Shown: positions 27,336-35,915 of the stretch, in pieces
How positions within the stretch are numbered: position 1 is the stretch's first letter
How the letters are laid out: each line of letters begins with the position of its first letter
Assembly: GCA_963715955.1 (NCBI GenBank)
Contig: CAVQSQ010000012.1
Coordinates: 211,050 to 275,049 of the forward strand
Direction: 5' to 3'
DNA from: Candidatus Sulfomarinibacteraceae bacterium
GTDB taxonomy: Bacteria > Acidobacteriota > Thermoanaerobaculia > Thermoanaerobaculales > Sulfomarinibacteraceae
Length of the DNA stretch: 64,000 bases
Notes under the pieces: generated by a model
What the model was told of the DNA's origin: nothing
Seen by the model: the letters and a program-made list of their open reading frames with translations, nothing else
Databases searched by the model: none
Program-made: the position numbers and the translations under genes

Positions 27336-27854
27336 GTGCAACTGGAACACGCCATCACGACCGCCATAAAATTCGAGACCCGGGTCCACGCGACTTATGC
27401 CGAGGCTGCTGCACGCGCCGAAAATCCGGTGGCGCGGCGGGTCTTTTCGACCCTGTGCGAGGAAGAGAAGGGCCATATCCGATACCTCCGCGAACGCCTC
27501 GAGGAGTGGCGCGCCGACGGCAGGATCAATGTCGAAGAGATCGGCGGCGAACTCGGTTCACGCTCCGCCGTCGAGGCCGGAGCGGCCAGGCTCCGCACCA
27601 CCCTTGCGGGCGGCAGCCCCGGCGGCACCGGCGCCGAGCTCGAGAGCCTGAGAAAGGCCCTCCACGCGGAGCGCGAAACCAGCGACTTCTACAAACAGAT
27701 GGTTGCCACCTTGGATGCCGACGGCAAACGTCTCTTCGAGCGCTTCGTCGAGATCGAAGAGGGCCACCTGGCGATCGTCCAGGCGGAGATGGACCTCGTG
27801 ACCGGCTCCGGCTACTGGTTCGACACCGGAGAGTTCCGCCCCGAGGCGGGCTGA
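27336..27854 (+). CDS. ferritin-like / rubrerythrin-family di-iron protein
   Basis: Two E..H-containing helices (LCEEEKGHIRYL and FVEIEEGHLAIV). Confidence 0.75.
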   Translation: MQLEHAITTAIKFETRVHATYAEAAARAENPVARRVFSTLCEEEKGHIRYLRERLEEWRADGRINVEEIGGELGSRSAVEAGAARLRTTLAGGSPGGTGAELESLRKALHAERETSDFYKQMVATLDADGKRLFERFVEIEEGHLAIVQAEMDLVTGSGYWFDTGEFRPEAG

Positions 27855-27864
27855 CGAGCCGGCG

Positions 27865-28761
27865 TCACCGGCGCCGCGGCGAGTGCGAAGCCACGGCGAC
27901 CCCGATGACGACCATGGCCGAACCCACAAGGGTGCGCGCGGTCAGCGTTTCGTCGAGGAAAAGGACGCCCAACACGACCGCGACCACCGGCGTGCCGTAA
28001 CCGATCAGTGCCACCTGACGAGCTCGCATGTGCTCGAGCAGCCAGAAGTAGAGGGGAAAGGTGATCGCGGTCCCGGCCACGGCCATGTAGAGGATCGCCA
28101 GCACCGGCCAACGTTCCAAGACAATCGTCTCGTGCCCTTCGGTGAAAGCGGCGACAACACCCATGATGACCGATCCATAAACAACCGCCACCGCGTTGAA
28201 CGCAACCGGCCGGATGCCGTGCCCCCACTTCTTGTAGGCAACGGTCGAGATGGCTGCGACGAAAGGCGACACCAGCATGATGAGCGAGGCCACCAGGACC
28301 GAACGGCCTCCGAGCAGATCGAAATCCTCGGCAAAGATGGCGGCGATGCCGGCAAAACCCAGGGCCGTACCCACCATCACCTTGACGGTCATGCGTTCGC
28401 CAGGCAGCGCGAAGTGGGCCATCACCGCCACGATCAACGGAAAGGTCGCAAAAAGGACCGCTGCCAGCCCGGAAGGCACCCACTGTTCGGCCCAGAACAC
28501 GATCCCGTAGGAAATGCAGAACGACAGCACGGCGTGGACCACCCGCAACCACCGGTCGCGGCTGTTGATCGCAGCCAACGGGGTGCCGATTGCGCGCGCG
28601 ATCACGACGAGAAGAACGGCGGCAACGACGAACCGCAGGGCAACCCCCGTGAAGGGCGGGAAGCCGCGCAGCGAAATCCTCACCGCCGCCCACGTCGTCC
28701 CCCAGATCCCGACCAGGAGTGCGAGCGTCGCAGCCTTCAACGCGGGACCCGGTTCACCCAT
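27865..28761 (-). CDS. EamA/DMT family transporter
   Basis: Ten TM helices and two EamA halves (WGTTWAAVRISL...; ...LLEHMRARQVALIGYGTPVVAVVLGVLFLDE). The start is the ATG at 28761, and the track ORF is over-extended upstream. Confidence 0.85.
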   Translation of the reverse strand: MGEPGPALKAATLALLVGIWGTTWAAVRISLRGFPPFTGVALRFVVAAVLLVVIARAIGTPLAAINSRDRWLRVVHAVLSFCISYGIVFWAEQWVPSGLAAVLFATFPLIVAVMAHFALPGERMTVKVMVGTALGFAGIAAIFAEDFDLLGGRSVLVASLIMLVSPFVAAISTVAYKKWGHGIRPVAFNAVAVVYGSVIMGVVAAFTEGHETIVLERWPVLAILYMAVAGTAITFPLYFWLLEHMRARQVALIGYGTPVVAVVLGVLFLDETLTARTLVGSAMVVIGVAVASHSPRRR

Positions 28762-28833
28762 GACCGGCGACTCTACTCCCACCACTGGGCAAACGCCAGA
28801 TCGTCGGCCGTCGCGAGAGCCTGAAAATGCCGA

Positions 28834-28839
28834 TATAAT
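28834..28839 (+). promoter_or_regulatory. perfect TATAAT hexamer 7 nt upstream of the permease ATG (possible leaderless promoter)
   Basis: Sequence ccgaTATAATtccgcgcATG. There is no Shine-Dalgarno between the hexamer and the ATG at 28847. The -35 element is weak. Confidence 0.3.
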
Positions 28840-28846
28840 TCCGCGC

Positions 28847-31141
28847 ATGAACACCACATCCAGGGGACCGGTACCGGCCGCCGGAGAAACCACCTTTGCG
28901 CGCGACCTCGGTTTGTTCGACGCCACCATGATCGGGGTCGGCGCGATGATCGGCGCCGGCATCTTCGTCCTCACCGGGATCGCGGCCGGGGTCTCCGGCC
29001 CGGCTTCGATCCTCGCCTTCGCCCTCAACGGCGCGGTCACTCTGCTGACGGCCTTTGCCTATGCGGAGTTGGCCTCGGCCATTCCACGTGCCGGCGGCGG
29101 ATACTCCTACGTGCGGCTCGCCTTCCCCGGAGCGATGGGATTCATATCCGGCTGGATGCTGTGGTTTGCCTACACGGTGGCCTGCAGCCTCTACGCGCTC
29201 GGTTTCGCGGGGTATTTCTGGGAGGTCTTCCACAAATACACGCCGGCCCTTGCCGAGCACCTGTTCGGCGCCGCGGGGACCTACGTTCCGATCGTCGTCG
29301 TCACCGTGATCATCGGGTTCATCTTCCTCGGCCTCAACATCCGCGGCGCAGCGGTGACCGGCAAGGCCGAAAACGCCCTCACTCTCGCCAAGCTGGCGGT
29401 GCTCGGGATCTTCATCGCCTACGGGCTCAAGAAGATCTTCGGCGCCCCGGCGGAGGCGGCCGAGGGCTTCTCTCCGTTCTTCCCGCTCGGCGCCGGCGGC
29501 GTCATCGTCGCCATGGGTCTGACCTTCATCGCCTTCGAGGGCTACGACCTCATCGCCACCGTCGCCGAGGAGATCAAGGACCCGGAAAAGAACATCCCGC
29601 GCGCCACCTTCATCTCCCTCGCCGTCACCATCACCATCTATCTCCTGATCCTGTTCGTCTCGCTCGGCGCCATCCGCGTCGACGACCTGACGTCCTGGGA
29701 GTTTTTGGGCAGGTACGGGGAGACCGCCATCGTCCGCGCCGCCGAGCAGTTCATGCCGGCCTTCGGGGTCGCCATCATCGTCCTCGGCGGCCTGTTGTCC
29801 ACGATGTCGGCCCTCAACGCGACCATCCTCGCGGCTTCCCGCGTCGCCTTCTCGATGGCCAGGGACCGTTGGCTGCCCAGGCAGATCGCCCACATCGACC
29901 CGGTCCGCCGGACCCCCCGCGCCGCCATCGTCGTCACCGGCGTGATCCTGATCGTCATGGCAGTCACCCTGCCCATCGAGGCCGTCGGCTCGGCCGCGAG
30001 CCTGATTTTTCTTCTGACCTTTGCACTGGTGAACCTGTCGGTGATCGCGCTGCGGCGCAAGGCGCCCGAGATCGAGCGCAGGTACAGGGTGCCGCTGTAC
30101 CCCTTGACGCCGATCCTCGGCATCGTCCTCAACGTCTTCCTCGCCCTCTACCAGTTCACCTTCCAGCCCATCGCCTGGTACATCACGACCGGCTGGGTGG
30201 TGCTCGGTTTGTTGCTCTATTACGGCGTGTTCGAGAAGCTGGCCTCGGATGTCGAGCCGAAGGTGCTGGTGCCGTCGCGCCGCCCCGACGAACCACCGGC
30301 CGAGGACTCGGTGATGGTGGTCCTCCACAACCCCGACTTCATCGAGACGCTGCTCGACTTCGCGATCCCGGTGGCCGAGCTGCGCGGCCGGCGACTGGTT
30401 GCGATGACGGTCGTCGAGGTCCCGCAACAGCTGCCGATCCACGAAGGCATGCGTTTTGCGCACCACAAGGAGACGCTCCTGCGCGACGCCCAGCAGTACG
30501 GCAGAGAGCGTGGGGTCAAGATCGACACCGACCTCGTGATCGCCCACAAGGTCGAGGAGGGCATATTCACCGGCGCCGCCCGCCACCGGGCGGACGTCAT
30601 GGTCATGGCGTGGAAGGGCTTCAGCAACACCCGCGACCGCATCTTCGGCGAGACCGCGGACAACGTCATCCGCTACGCGCCCTGCGACCTGATGATGCTC
30701 AAGATCGAGGGTCGGGAGTTCAGGACCTGTCTCTTCCCGACCGCCGGCGGGCCCAACGCCCAGCTCGCGGCCGATCTGCTCAACGCCCTCGCCAAGTCCC
30801 ACAACATGGAGGTCACGGCGGGCTATGTCGTCCCGCCGGACGCCACCGACGAACAGCGCCACACCGCCCGCGCGTGGATCGACAAGACGCTGGCCCACAT
30901 GCACGTCGACCTGCCGGTCGAAAAGCAACTGATCGAGTCCGCATCGGTGGCCGGCGGTCTCGCCAAGGCGAGCCGCGACTTCGACCTCGTCGTCATCGGT
31001 GCGGCCAAGGAGCCGGTCTTCCGCAAGATGTTGATCGGTGAGATCCCGCAGAAGGTGGCACGGTACTCGCCGGCTTCCGTGCTGGTCGTCAAGCGCTACG
31101 AGGGCCCGTTCAAGACCCTCATCAAACGGATCATGGGCTGA
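28847..31141 (+). CDS. APC-superfamily amino-acid permease fused to tandem universal stress protein (Usp) domains
   Basis: LGLFDATMIGVGAMIGAGIFVLTG with about 12 TM helices. The C-terminal part of about 270 aa has two Usp-like halves (VMVVLHNP...MVMAWKG; ...VVIGAAKE...VLVVKR). Confidence 0.85.
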   Translation: MNTTSRGPVPAAGETTFARDLGLFDATMIGVGAMIGAGIFVLTGIAAGVSGPASILAFALNGAVTLLTAFAYAELASAIPRAGGGYSYVRLAFPGAMGFISGWMLWFAYTVACSLYALGFAGYFWEVFHKYTPALAEHLFGAAGTYVPIVVVTVIIGFIFLGLNIRGAAVTGKAENALTLAKLAVLGIFIAYGLKKIFGAPAEAAEGFSPFFPLGAGGVIVAMGLTFIAFEGYDLIATVAEEIKDPEKNIPRATFISLAVTITIYLLILFVSLGAIRVDDLTSWEFLGRYGETAIVRAAEQFMPAFGVAIIVLGGLLSTMSALNATILAASRVAFSMARDRWLPRQIAHIDPVRRTPRAAIVVTGVILIVMAVTLPIEAVGSAASLIFLLTFALVNLSVIALRRKAPEIERRYRVPLYPLTPILGIVLNVFLALYQFTFQPIAWYITTGWVVLGLLLYYGVFEKLASDVEPKVLVPSRRPDEPPAEDSVMVVLHNPDFIETLLDFAIPVAELRGRRLVAMTVVEVPQQLPIHEGMRFAHHKETLLRDAQQYGRERGVKIDTDLVIAHKVEEGIFTGAARHRADVMVMAWKGFSNTRDRIFGETADNVIRYAPCDLMMLKIEGREFRTCLFPTAGGPNAQLAADLLNALAKSHNMEVTAGYVVPPDATDEQRHTARAWIDKTLAHMHVDLPVEKQLIESASVAGGLAKASRDFDLVVIGAAKEPVFRKMLIGEIPQKVARYSPASVLVVKRYEGPFKTLIKRIMG

Positions 31142-31208
31142 AGTCCGCGTTTCGCCGTCGCGCCCAGACTTTCCAATTCCACTGTAGAATCATCCGCCGC
31201 GGAGGTTT

Positions 31209-32204
31209 ATGGGAATGAACGAACATCGAATCGGCATCCTCGGACTCGGCGCCTACCTGCCCGAGCGGGTGATGGGCAACGCCGAGTGGGCACAGTACGT
31301 GGACACCTCGGACGAGTGGATCACAAGCCGCACCGGGATCAAGAACCGCCGAATCGCCGCCGAAGACGAAACCACGGTCGACCTGGCCGCTGCAGCAGCA
31401 CGGGTGGCCCTCGAGGACGCCGGCATCTCCATCGATGCCATCGACGAGATCATCGTCGCCACCGACACTCCGGAGGTCAAACTCCCCGACACCGCCTCGT
31501 ATCTCCAAACCGCTCTCGGTGCGCGGGAGATACCCTCCTTCGACCTTGCCGGCAGCGGTTGTGCGGGCTTTGTCCTCGGTCTCGACATCGCGCGCTCGCG
31601 CGCGATCACCGGTGACAAGAAGGTCCTGCTGGTCGGAGTCGAGATGCTGACCCGCCTCGTCAACTGGAACGATCGCACGACCGCCGTCCTGTTCGGCGAC
31701 GCCGCCGGGGCGGCCGTTGTGGGGAAAGTCGAGGGCTCTTCGGAGCTCTTGTCGTTCACGGCCGGCACCGACGGCTCGCGGGCCGATATTCTGTGCCTCG
31801 AGACGGGCGGCACGAGGGCGCCGTTCACCATCGAGGCAGCTCAACGGGGCGATCACAAGAACCTCGTCATGAACGGCCGTGAGGTCTTCAAGGAGGCGGT
31901 CTCGAAGATGGGCGCCGCGTCGCGGAAGGTCCTCGCCGATGCCGGGGTCGAGGTCTCCGACCTCGCCCTTGTCGTACCGCACCAGGCGAATCTGAGAATC
32001 ATCAACGCGCTCCAGAAATCGCTCGGTATCGCCGACGACCGGCTTTTCATCAACGTCCAGGACTACGGCAACACAGGTTCTGCATCGGTTCCGTTGGCTT
32101 TGTGGGAGGCCCGTCACCAGGGCCGGGTCAAGGCCGGAGACCTGGTGCTGCTGACCGCCTTCGGCGCCGGCTTCCACTGGGCGGCGATGCTCATTCGGAT
32201 CTGA
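31209..32204 (+). CDS. fabH: beta-ketoacyl-ACP synthase III
   Basis: DEWITSRTGIKNRRIA, active-site GSGCAGF, VPHQANLRII and GNTGSASVP motifs. Confidence 0.9.
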   Translation: MGMNEHRIGILGLGAYLPERVMGNAEWAQYVDTSDEWITSRTGIKNRRIAAEDETTVDLAAAAARVALEDAGISIDAIDEIIVATDTPEVKLPDTASYLQTALGAREIPSFDLAGSGCAGFVLGLDIARSRAITGDKKVLLVGVEMLTRLVNWNDRTTAVLFGDAAGAAVVGKVEGSSELLSFTAGTDGSRADILCLETGGTRAPFTIEAAQRGDHKNLVMNGREVFKEAVSKMGAASRKVLADAGVEVSDLALVVPHQANLRIINALQKSLGIADDRLFINVQDYGNTGSASVPLALWEARHQGRVKAGDLVLLTAFGAGFHWAAMLIRI

Positions 32205-33337
32205 GTCGGCGCCGCGAAGCGGCCCACCCGCCTGGTCCACTGAGAGGCCGACAGCGCGCTGCCCACGGCGAAGATCACCAACACCACCAGCCCCAACGCG
32301 GTGCCTCGGCGATCGGGGAACCGCCTACAGACCGCTACGGCGACCAGCGCGAGCCCGACAGCGGGCAGGTAGGCGTAACGTTCAGCCCACGTCAGGCGGC
32401 ACACCGGAATGAACGACGCTGCAGCCCACAGCCAGCCAGACACCAGGACGCGGTCCCGGCTTCTCACGGCCATCCATATCCACCCACCGAGCGAAGCCAT
32501 GCAGACGACGACCAGGAACCGGCTCATCCCTTGCGCGGTCCACAGCCAGTCACCAACCTCGTTGCGAGCGATTGGAACGAGTGCCATCACGAGACTTTGG
32601 GTTGTCGCCGCCAGACACTGCCACGGGTTTCCCATGAGGATACCGACCGTTCCGATTCCGGGCACCCGGGTGGCATACCAACTCACATAGAGGAGGGTCA
32701 CGGCCGGGTAGGCGGCGATCCATCCCCATCCAGGACGCTTGGGTCCGAAGACCCAGACCGCAACCGGCACCAGAAGGCCGGCCACAACTGCCGTTTCCTT
32801 GGCGCCACATCCCAGGACAACCGCCGCCAATGAGGCCAGCCAGAGCCGCCACCCCACCGCCGCCCTCGCCTCCGCGGCCGCCAACGCCAACAGCACCGCG
32901 CTGATCACGAATCCTGTAGCCAACAGGTCCCCGACGCTTGCCGTCCAGGCAATGGCCTCGTTCAAGATGGGCAACATTGCAAAGGCAAGCGCCCCGTACA
33001 GAGCCGGCCAACCGAACCCCGCCACCCTCGAGCACAGCAGGAACACCAGCCATACGACGACCACATGGCACGTAATCGAAGCCAGATGGTAGCCCGGCGC
33101 CCACTCGCCGAATACTCTTTGACAGATTTCAAAGTATTGAGAAACGAGGGGCCGATAGTATCCAATCGGCCACGGCTCGAGGACCCCGGATACGAGACCA
33201 TCCGATTCGCCGGCGAGCTGCACATACATGGAATCATCTATCGAAAAGCCAGCCTGCACCAACGGCAGTCTCGGCAGCACCGCAGCCAGCGTCAGGACCG
33301 CGAACCACCAGAACGGCGCACTCCGCTTCATCGCCAC
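32114..33337 (-). CDS. polytopic membrane protein, GT39/PMT-like (uncharacterised)
   Basis: At least 9 TM helices and an N-terminal loop DDSMYVQLAGE...YYRPLV. The last roughly 30 codons run antisense through the fabH 3' end, so the true stop is uncertain. Confidence 0.6.
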   Translation of the reverse strand: MAMKRSAPFWWFAVLTLAAVLPRLPLVQAGFSIDDSMYVQLAGESDGLVSGVLEPWPIGYYRPLVSQYFEICQRVFGEWAPGYHLASITCHVVVVWLVFLLCSRVAGFGWPALYGALAFAMLPILNEAIAWTASVGDLLATGFVISAVLLALAAAEARAAVGWRLWLASLAAVVLGCGAKETAVVAGLLVPVAVWVFGPKRPGWGWIAAYPAVTLLYVSWYATRVPGIGTVGILMGNPWQCLAATTQSLVMALVPIARNEVGDWLWTAQGMSRFLVVVCMASLGGWIWMAVRSRDRVLVSGWLWAAASFIPVCRLTWAERYAYLPAVGLALVAVAVCRRFPDRRGTALGLVVLVIFAVGSALSASQWTRRVGRFAAPTQIRMSIAAQWKPAPKAVSSTRSPALTRPW

Positions 33338-33439
33338 ACCTCATACTGACCGAAGAGCCGCGTCGCCGCAACGCCGGAGTGATCGGCACCACCCGCGGGG
33401 TGGTGTACCATTTCTGCGATCGGAGCCAAAGGAAGAGCC

Positions 33440-33719
33440 ATGATTGCAGTCGGCGACACCGCCCCCGGATTCTCACTCAAAGACCAGTTCGGTCGCACCT
33501 TCTCCCTCGACCAGTTCAAAGGCAAACGGCACGTGATGCTCCTGTTCTACCCCCTCGATTTCACCCCCACGTGAAGCACCGATCCCAAAGCCCTCGAGGA
33601 CCTGACGGCGATTGCCGGCAAGGGCCAGGCCCCCTGCCTGGTGATCGGCGGCACTCCGCACCACGAGTCGGCCGAGATCATCACGCATCTCGCCGGCAGG
33701 GTCACGGAATTCAGCTAGT
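33440..33719 (+). CDS. peroxiredoxin (Bcp/AhpC-TSA)-like ORF with in-frame TGA (33572-33574) at the peroxidatic Cys position; candidate selenoprotein, C-terminally short (92 codons)
   Basis: AAAGGAAGAG lies upstream of the ATG. Translation is MIAVGDTAPGFSLKDQFGRTFSLDQFKGKRHVMLLFYPLDFTPT-TGA-STDPKALEDLTAIAGKGQAPCLVIGGTPHHESAE...TEFS-TAG. The family motif is FYP.DFTP.C(T/S).(E/D). Confidence 0.55.
33590..33625 (+). other. candidate SECIS-like stem-loop downstream of the UGA
   Basis: GCCCU (33590-94) pairs with AGGGC (33621-25). The inner stem 33603-33609/33614-33620 has one mismatch. The apical loop GAUU (33610-13) lies about 35 nt after the UGA. Folded by eye only. Confidence 0.25.
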
Positions 33720-33734
33720 TTTTCTGTTGACAAG

Positions 33735-33765
33735 AAAACGAGGCCGGTAAACCGGCCTCGTTTTT
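33735..33765. terminator. bidirectional intrinsic terminator
   Basis: AAAA-CGAGGCCGG-TAAA-CCGGCCTCG-TTTTT: a perfect 9-bp GC stem flanked by an A-run and a T-run. Confidence 0.7.
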
Positions 33766-33773
33766 CTTCACCG

Positions 33774-33802
33774 AAAAAGCCGGCCGCCTGGACGGCCGGC
33801 TT
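33774..33802 (-). terminator. intrinsic terminator for dcp (minus strand)
   Basis: GCCGGCCG-CCTGGA-CGGCCGGC hairpin preceded on the plus strand by AAAAA, which is a T-run on the minus strand. It lies 5 nt beyond the dcp stop. Confidence 0.55.
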
Positions 33803-33806
33803 CGGT

Positions 33807-35915
33807 CTATTTGAAGCCCTTTCTCTGCAAGAGGGGCTCGACGCTCGGCGGCTGGCCGCGGAAGCGCAGGTAGAGCTCCTCGGGATCTTCGGAGCCGCCT
33901 TTCTCCAGGATGTTGGTGCGGAAGGCCTGGGCGGTCTCCTGGTCGAAGAGGCTCGTCTCCTTGAATGCCTGGAACGCATCCGCATCGAGAACCTCGCTCC
34001 AGATGTAGGAGTAGTAGCCGGCCGAGTACCCGCCGGTGATGTGGCTGAAGTAGGGACTGCGGTAGCGAACCACGATCTCGGGCATGAGGCCGATCTTGTC
34101 CATCGACGCCTTTTCGAACTCCCTCACATCGACACCGGCCGGGTCCTCGAGGGTGTGCCAGTCCATATCCAGATAACAGGCAGCGAGGTACTCGACGGAG
34201 GTGAAGCCCTGGTTGAACTGTTCCGCAGCCTGGATCTTCGCCACCAATTCGGCAGGGATCACCTCTCCGGTCTCGTAGTGTTTGGCGTAGACGGCAAGCA
34301 CCTCGGGTTCGAGGAGCCAGTTTTCCATGATCTGCGACGGCAGCTCGACGAAGTCCCGCGTCACGCCTGCCGACCCACGGTACCGAACGTCGGAAAGCAG
34401 CGACTGCAGCCCGTGGCCGAGCTCGTGGAAGAGGGTGTGGACCTCCTCCAACGAGATCAGCGCCGGCGCATCGCCCACCGGGCGCGAGAAGTTGCCGACG
34501 TTGAGAACGATGGGCCGCACCTGCTGTCCGTCCTCGACCCACTGCCCCCGGATCCGGCGGCTCCAGGCGCCGCCGCGTTTGCCGGGTCTCGGGTAGTAGT
34601 CGGTCATGAAGACGCCGAGGTGGCTGCCGTCGACGTCGGTGACCTCGAAGGTCCTCACTTCGGGGTGGTAGGTGGGGATGTCGTCCCGCTCAGTGAACTC
34701 GATCCCGTAGAGACGGTTGGCCACGTAGAAAGCGCCGTCGATCACGTTGTCGATCATGAAGTACGGCCGGATCTCGGTTTCGTCCACGTCGTAACGCGCC
34801 TGACGGACCTTTTCCGCGTAATACCGCCAGTCCCAGGGCTCGAGCTTGAATTGGAAACCGTCCTCCTCGATCGCGGTCTGCAAGGCCGCCGCCTCCTCGC
34901 GAGCCACCCCGAGCGAAGGATGCCAGAGGTCATCGAGAAGCTCGTAGACCGTCTCCGGCGTCTTCGCCATCCGGCGTTCGAGGATGAAGTCGGCATGGGT
35001 CGGGTATCCCAGGAGCTTCGCCTTTTCCGCGCGCAAGGTCAGGATCTCCGACAGGATCGCCTTGTTGTCGTACTCGTCGTCGTGATCGCCACGCGTGATG
35101 TAGGCGGTGAAGAGCTGTTCGCGAAGCTCGCGGTTTTCGGCACTCTGGAGGAAGGGATAGATGCTCGGCCGGTGGGTCGTGAAGAGCCACTTGCCCTCCT
35201 GACCCGCCTCTGCGGCCGCAATGGCCGCCCCCTCGACCACGGCCGGAGGAAGGCCTGCGAGGTCTTCCTCGTTTTCGATGAAGAGCTGAAAGCGATTGGT
35301 CTCGGCCAGAACGTTGTCGCCGAATGCCAGCCCGAGAGTCGACAGCCTGGTATTGATCTCCCGCATCCGGGCCTGGTCCCGGGCGGACAGTTCGGCGCCA
35401 CCGCTGACAAAATCGAGGTAGGTCTCTTCGAGGAGATGGCGCTGCTCCGCGTCGAGGTCGAGCTCGTCGCGCTGCTCGTAGACGGCCTTCACCCGGGCGA
35501 AGAGCTGCGGATTCATGAGAATGTCGTCGCGGAGGTTCGAGGTCATGGGCGCGACCTCCTTGGCGATGGCCTGGATGTCGTCGTTGGTTTCCGCGCCGAC
35601 CAGGGTGTAAAAGACGCCGTTCACCTTGCTCATCAACGCCCCGGTGGCGTCGAGCGCTCCCAGTGTATTGTCGAAGGTCGGCGGATCGGGGTTGGCGGCA
35701 ATGGCCTCGACCTCCGCACGTTCCTCCGCAATGCCCTTCTCGAAGGCCGGCAGGAAATCCCCGTTCTCGATGTCGCCGAACGGCGGCACGCCGTAGGGCG
35801 TGGTCCACTCGACGAAGAACGGGTTCTCGCCCTCGGACGGCGCTTCCGTTCTCGCCCCGCAGCCCGACAACAGCACGACCGAAAAAACGAGACCGATCGC
35901 GATTGACTTCTTCAT
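33807..35915 (-). CDS. dcp: M3 family peptidyl-dipeptidase Dcp (lipoprotein)
   Basis: HTLFHELGHGLQ zinc motif (HExxH). Lipobox VVLLSGCGA. About 700 aa, typical of Dcp. Confidence 0.9.
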   Translation of the reverse strand: MKKSIAIGLVFSVVLLSGCGARTEAPSEGENPFFVEWTTPYGVPPFGDIENGDFLPAFEKGIAEERAEVEAIAANPDPPTFDNTLGALDATGALMSKVNGVFYTLVGAETNDDIQAIAKEVAPMTSNLRDDILMNPQLFARVKAVYEQRDELDLDAEQRHLLEETYLDFVSGGAELSARDQARMREINTRLSTLGLAFGDNVLAETNRFQLFIENEEDLAGLPPAVVEGAAIAAAEAGQEGKWLFTTHRPSIYPFLQSAENRELREQLFTAYITRGDHDDEYDNKAILSEILTLRAEKAKLLGYPTHADFILERRMAKTPETVYELLDDLWHPSLGVAREEAAALQTAIEEDGFQFKLEPWDWRYYAEKVRQARYDVDETEIRPYFMIDNVIDGAFYVANRLYGIEFTERDDIPTYHPEVRTFEVTDVDGSHLGVFMTDYYPRPGKRGGAWSRRIRGQWVEDGQQVRPIVLNVGNFSRPVGDAPALISLEEVHTLFHELGHGLQSLLSDVRYRGSAGVTRDFVELPSQIMENWLLEPEVLAVYAKHYETGEVIPAELVAKIQAAEQFNQGFTSVEYLAACYLDMDWHTLEDPAGVDVREFEKASMDKIGLMPEIVVRYRSPYFSHITGGYSAGYYSYIWSEVLDADAFQAFKETSLFDQETAQAFRTNILEKGGSEDPEELYLRFRGQPPSVEPLLQRKGFK

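Noticed and set aside
28754-30928. Very long antisense or shadow ORFs: 28754..30928 (-), 34041..35906 (+), 36134..38356 (+), 60545..63028 (+), 16927..18546 (+), 19590..20909 (-), 5343..7256 (+), 8889..9746 (-)
   Set aside because: Each mirrors a strongly supported gene on the opposite strand and has Arg/Gly/Pro/Asp/His-rich low-complexity composition. This is typical of stop-codon-poor frames in high-GC DNA. No family motifs are present.
33617-33638. Second GC-rich hairpin (GGCAAGGG-CCAGGC-CCCCTGCC) as the SECIS for the TGA at 33572
   Set aside because: Its apical loop lies about 50-55 nt after the UGA, outside the spacing reported for bacterial SECIS elements. The nearer hairpin at 33590-33625 is the better, though still weak, candidate.
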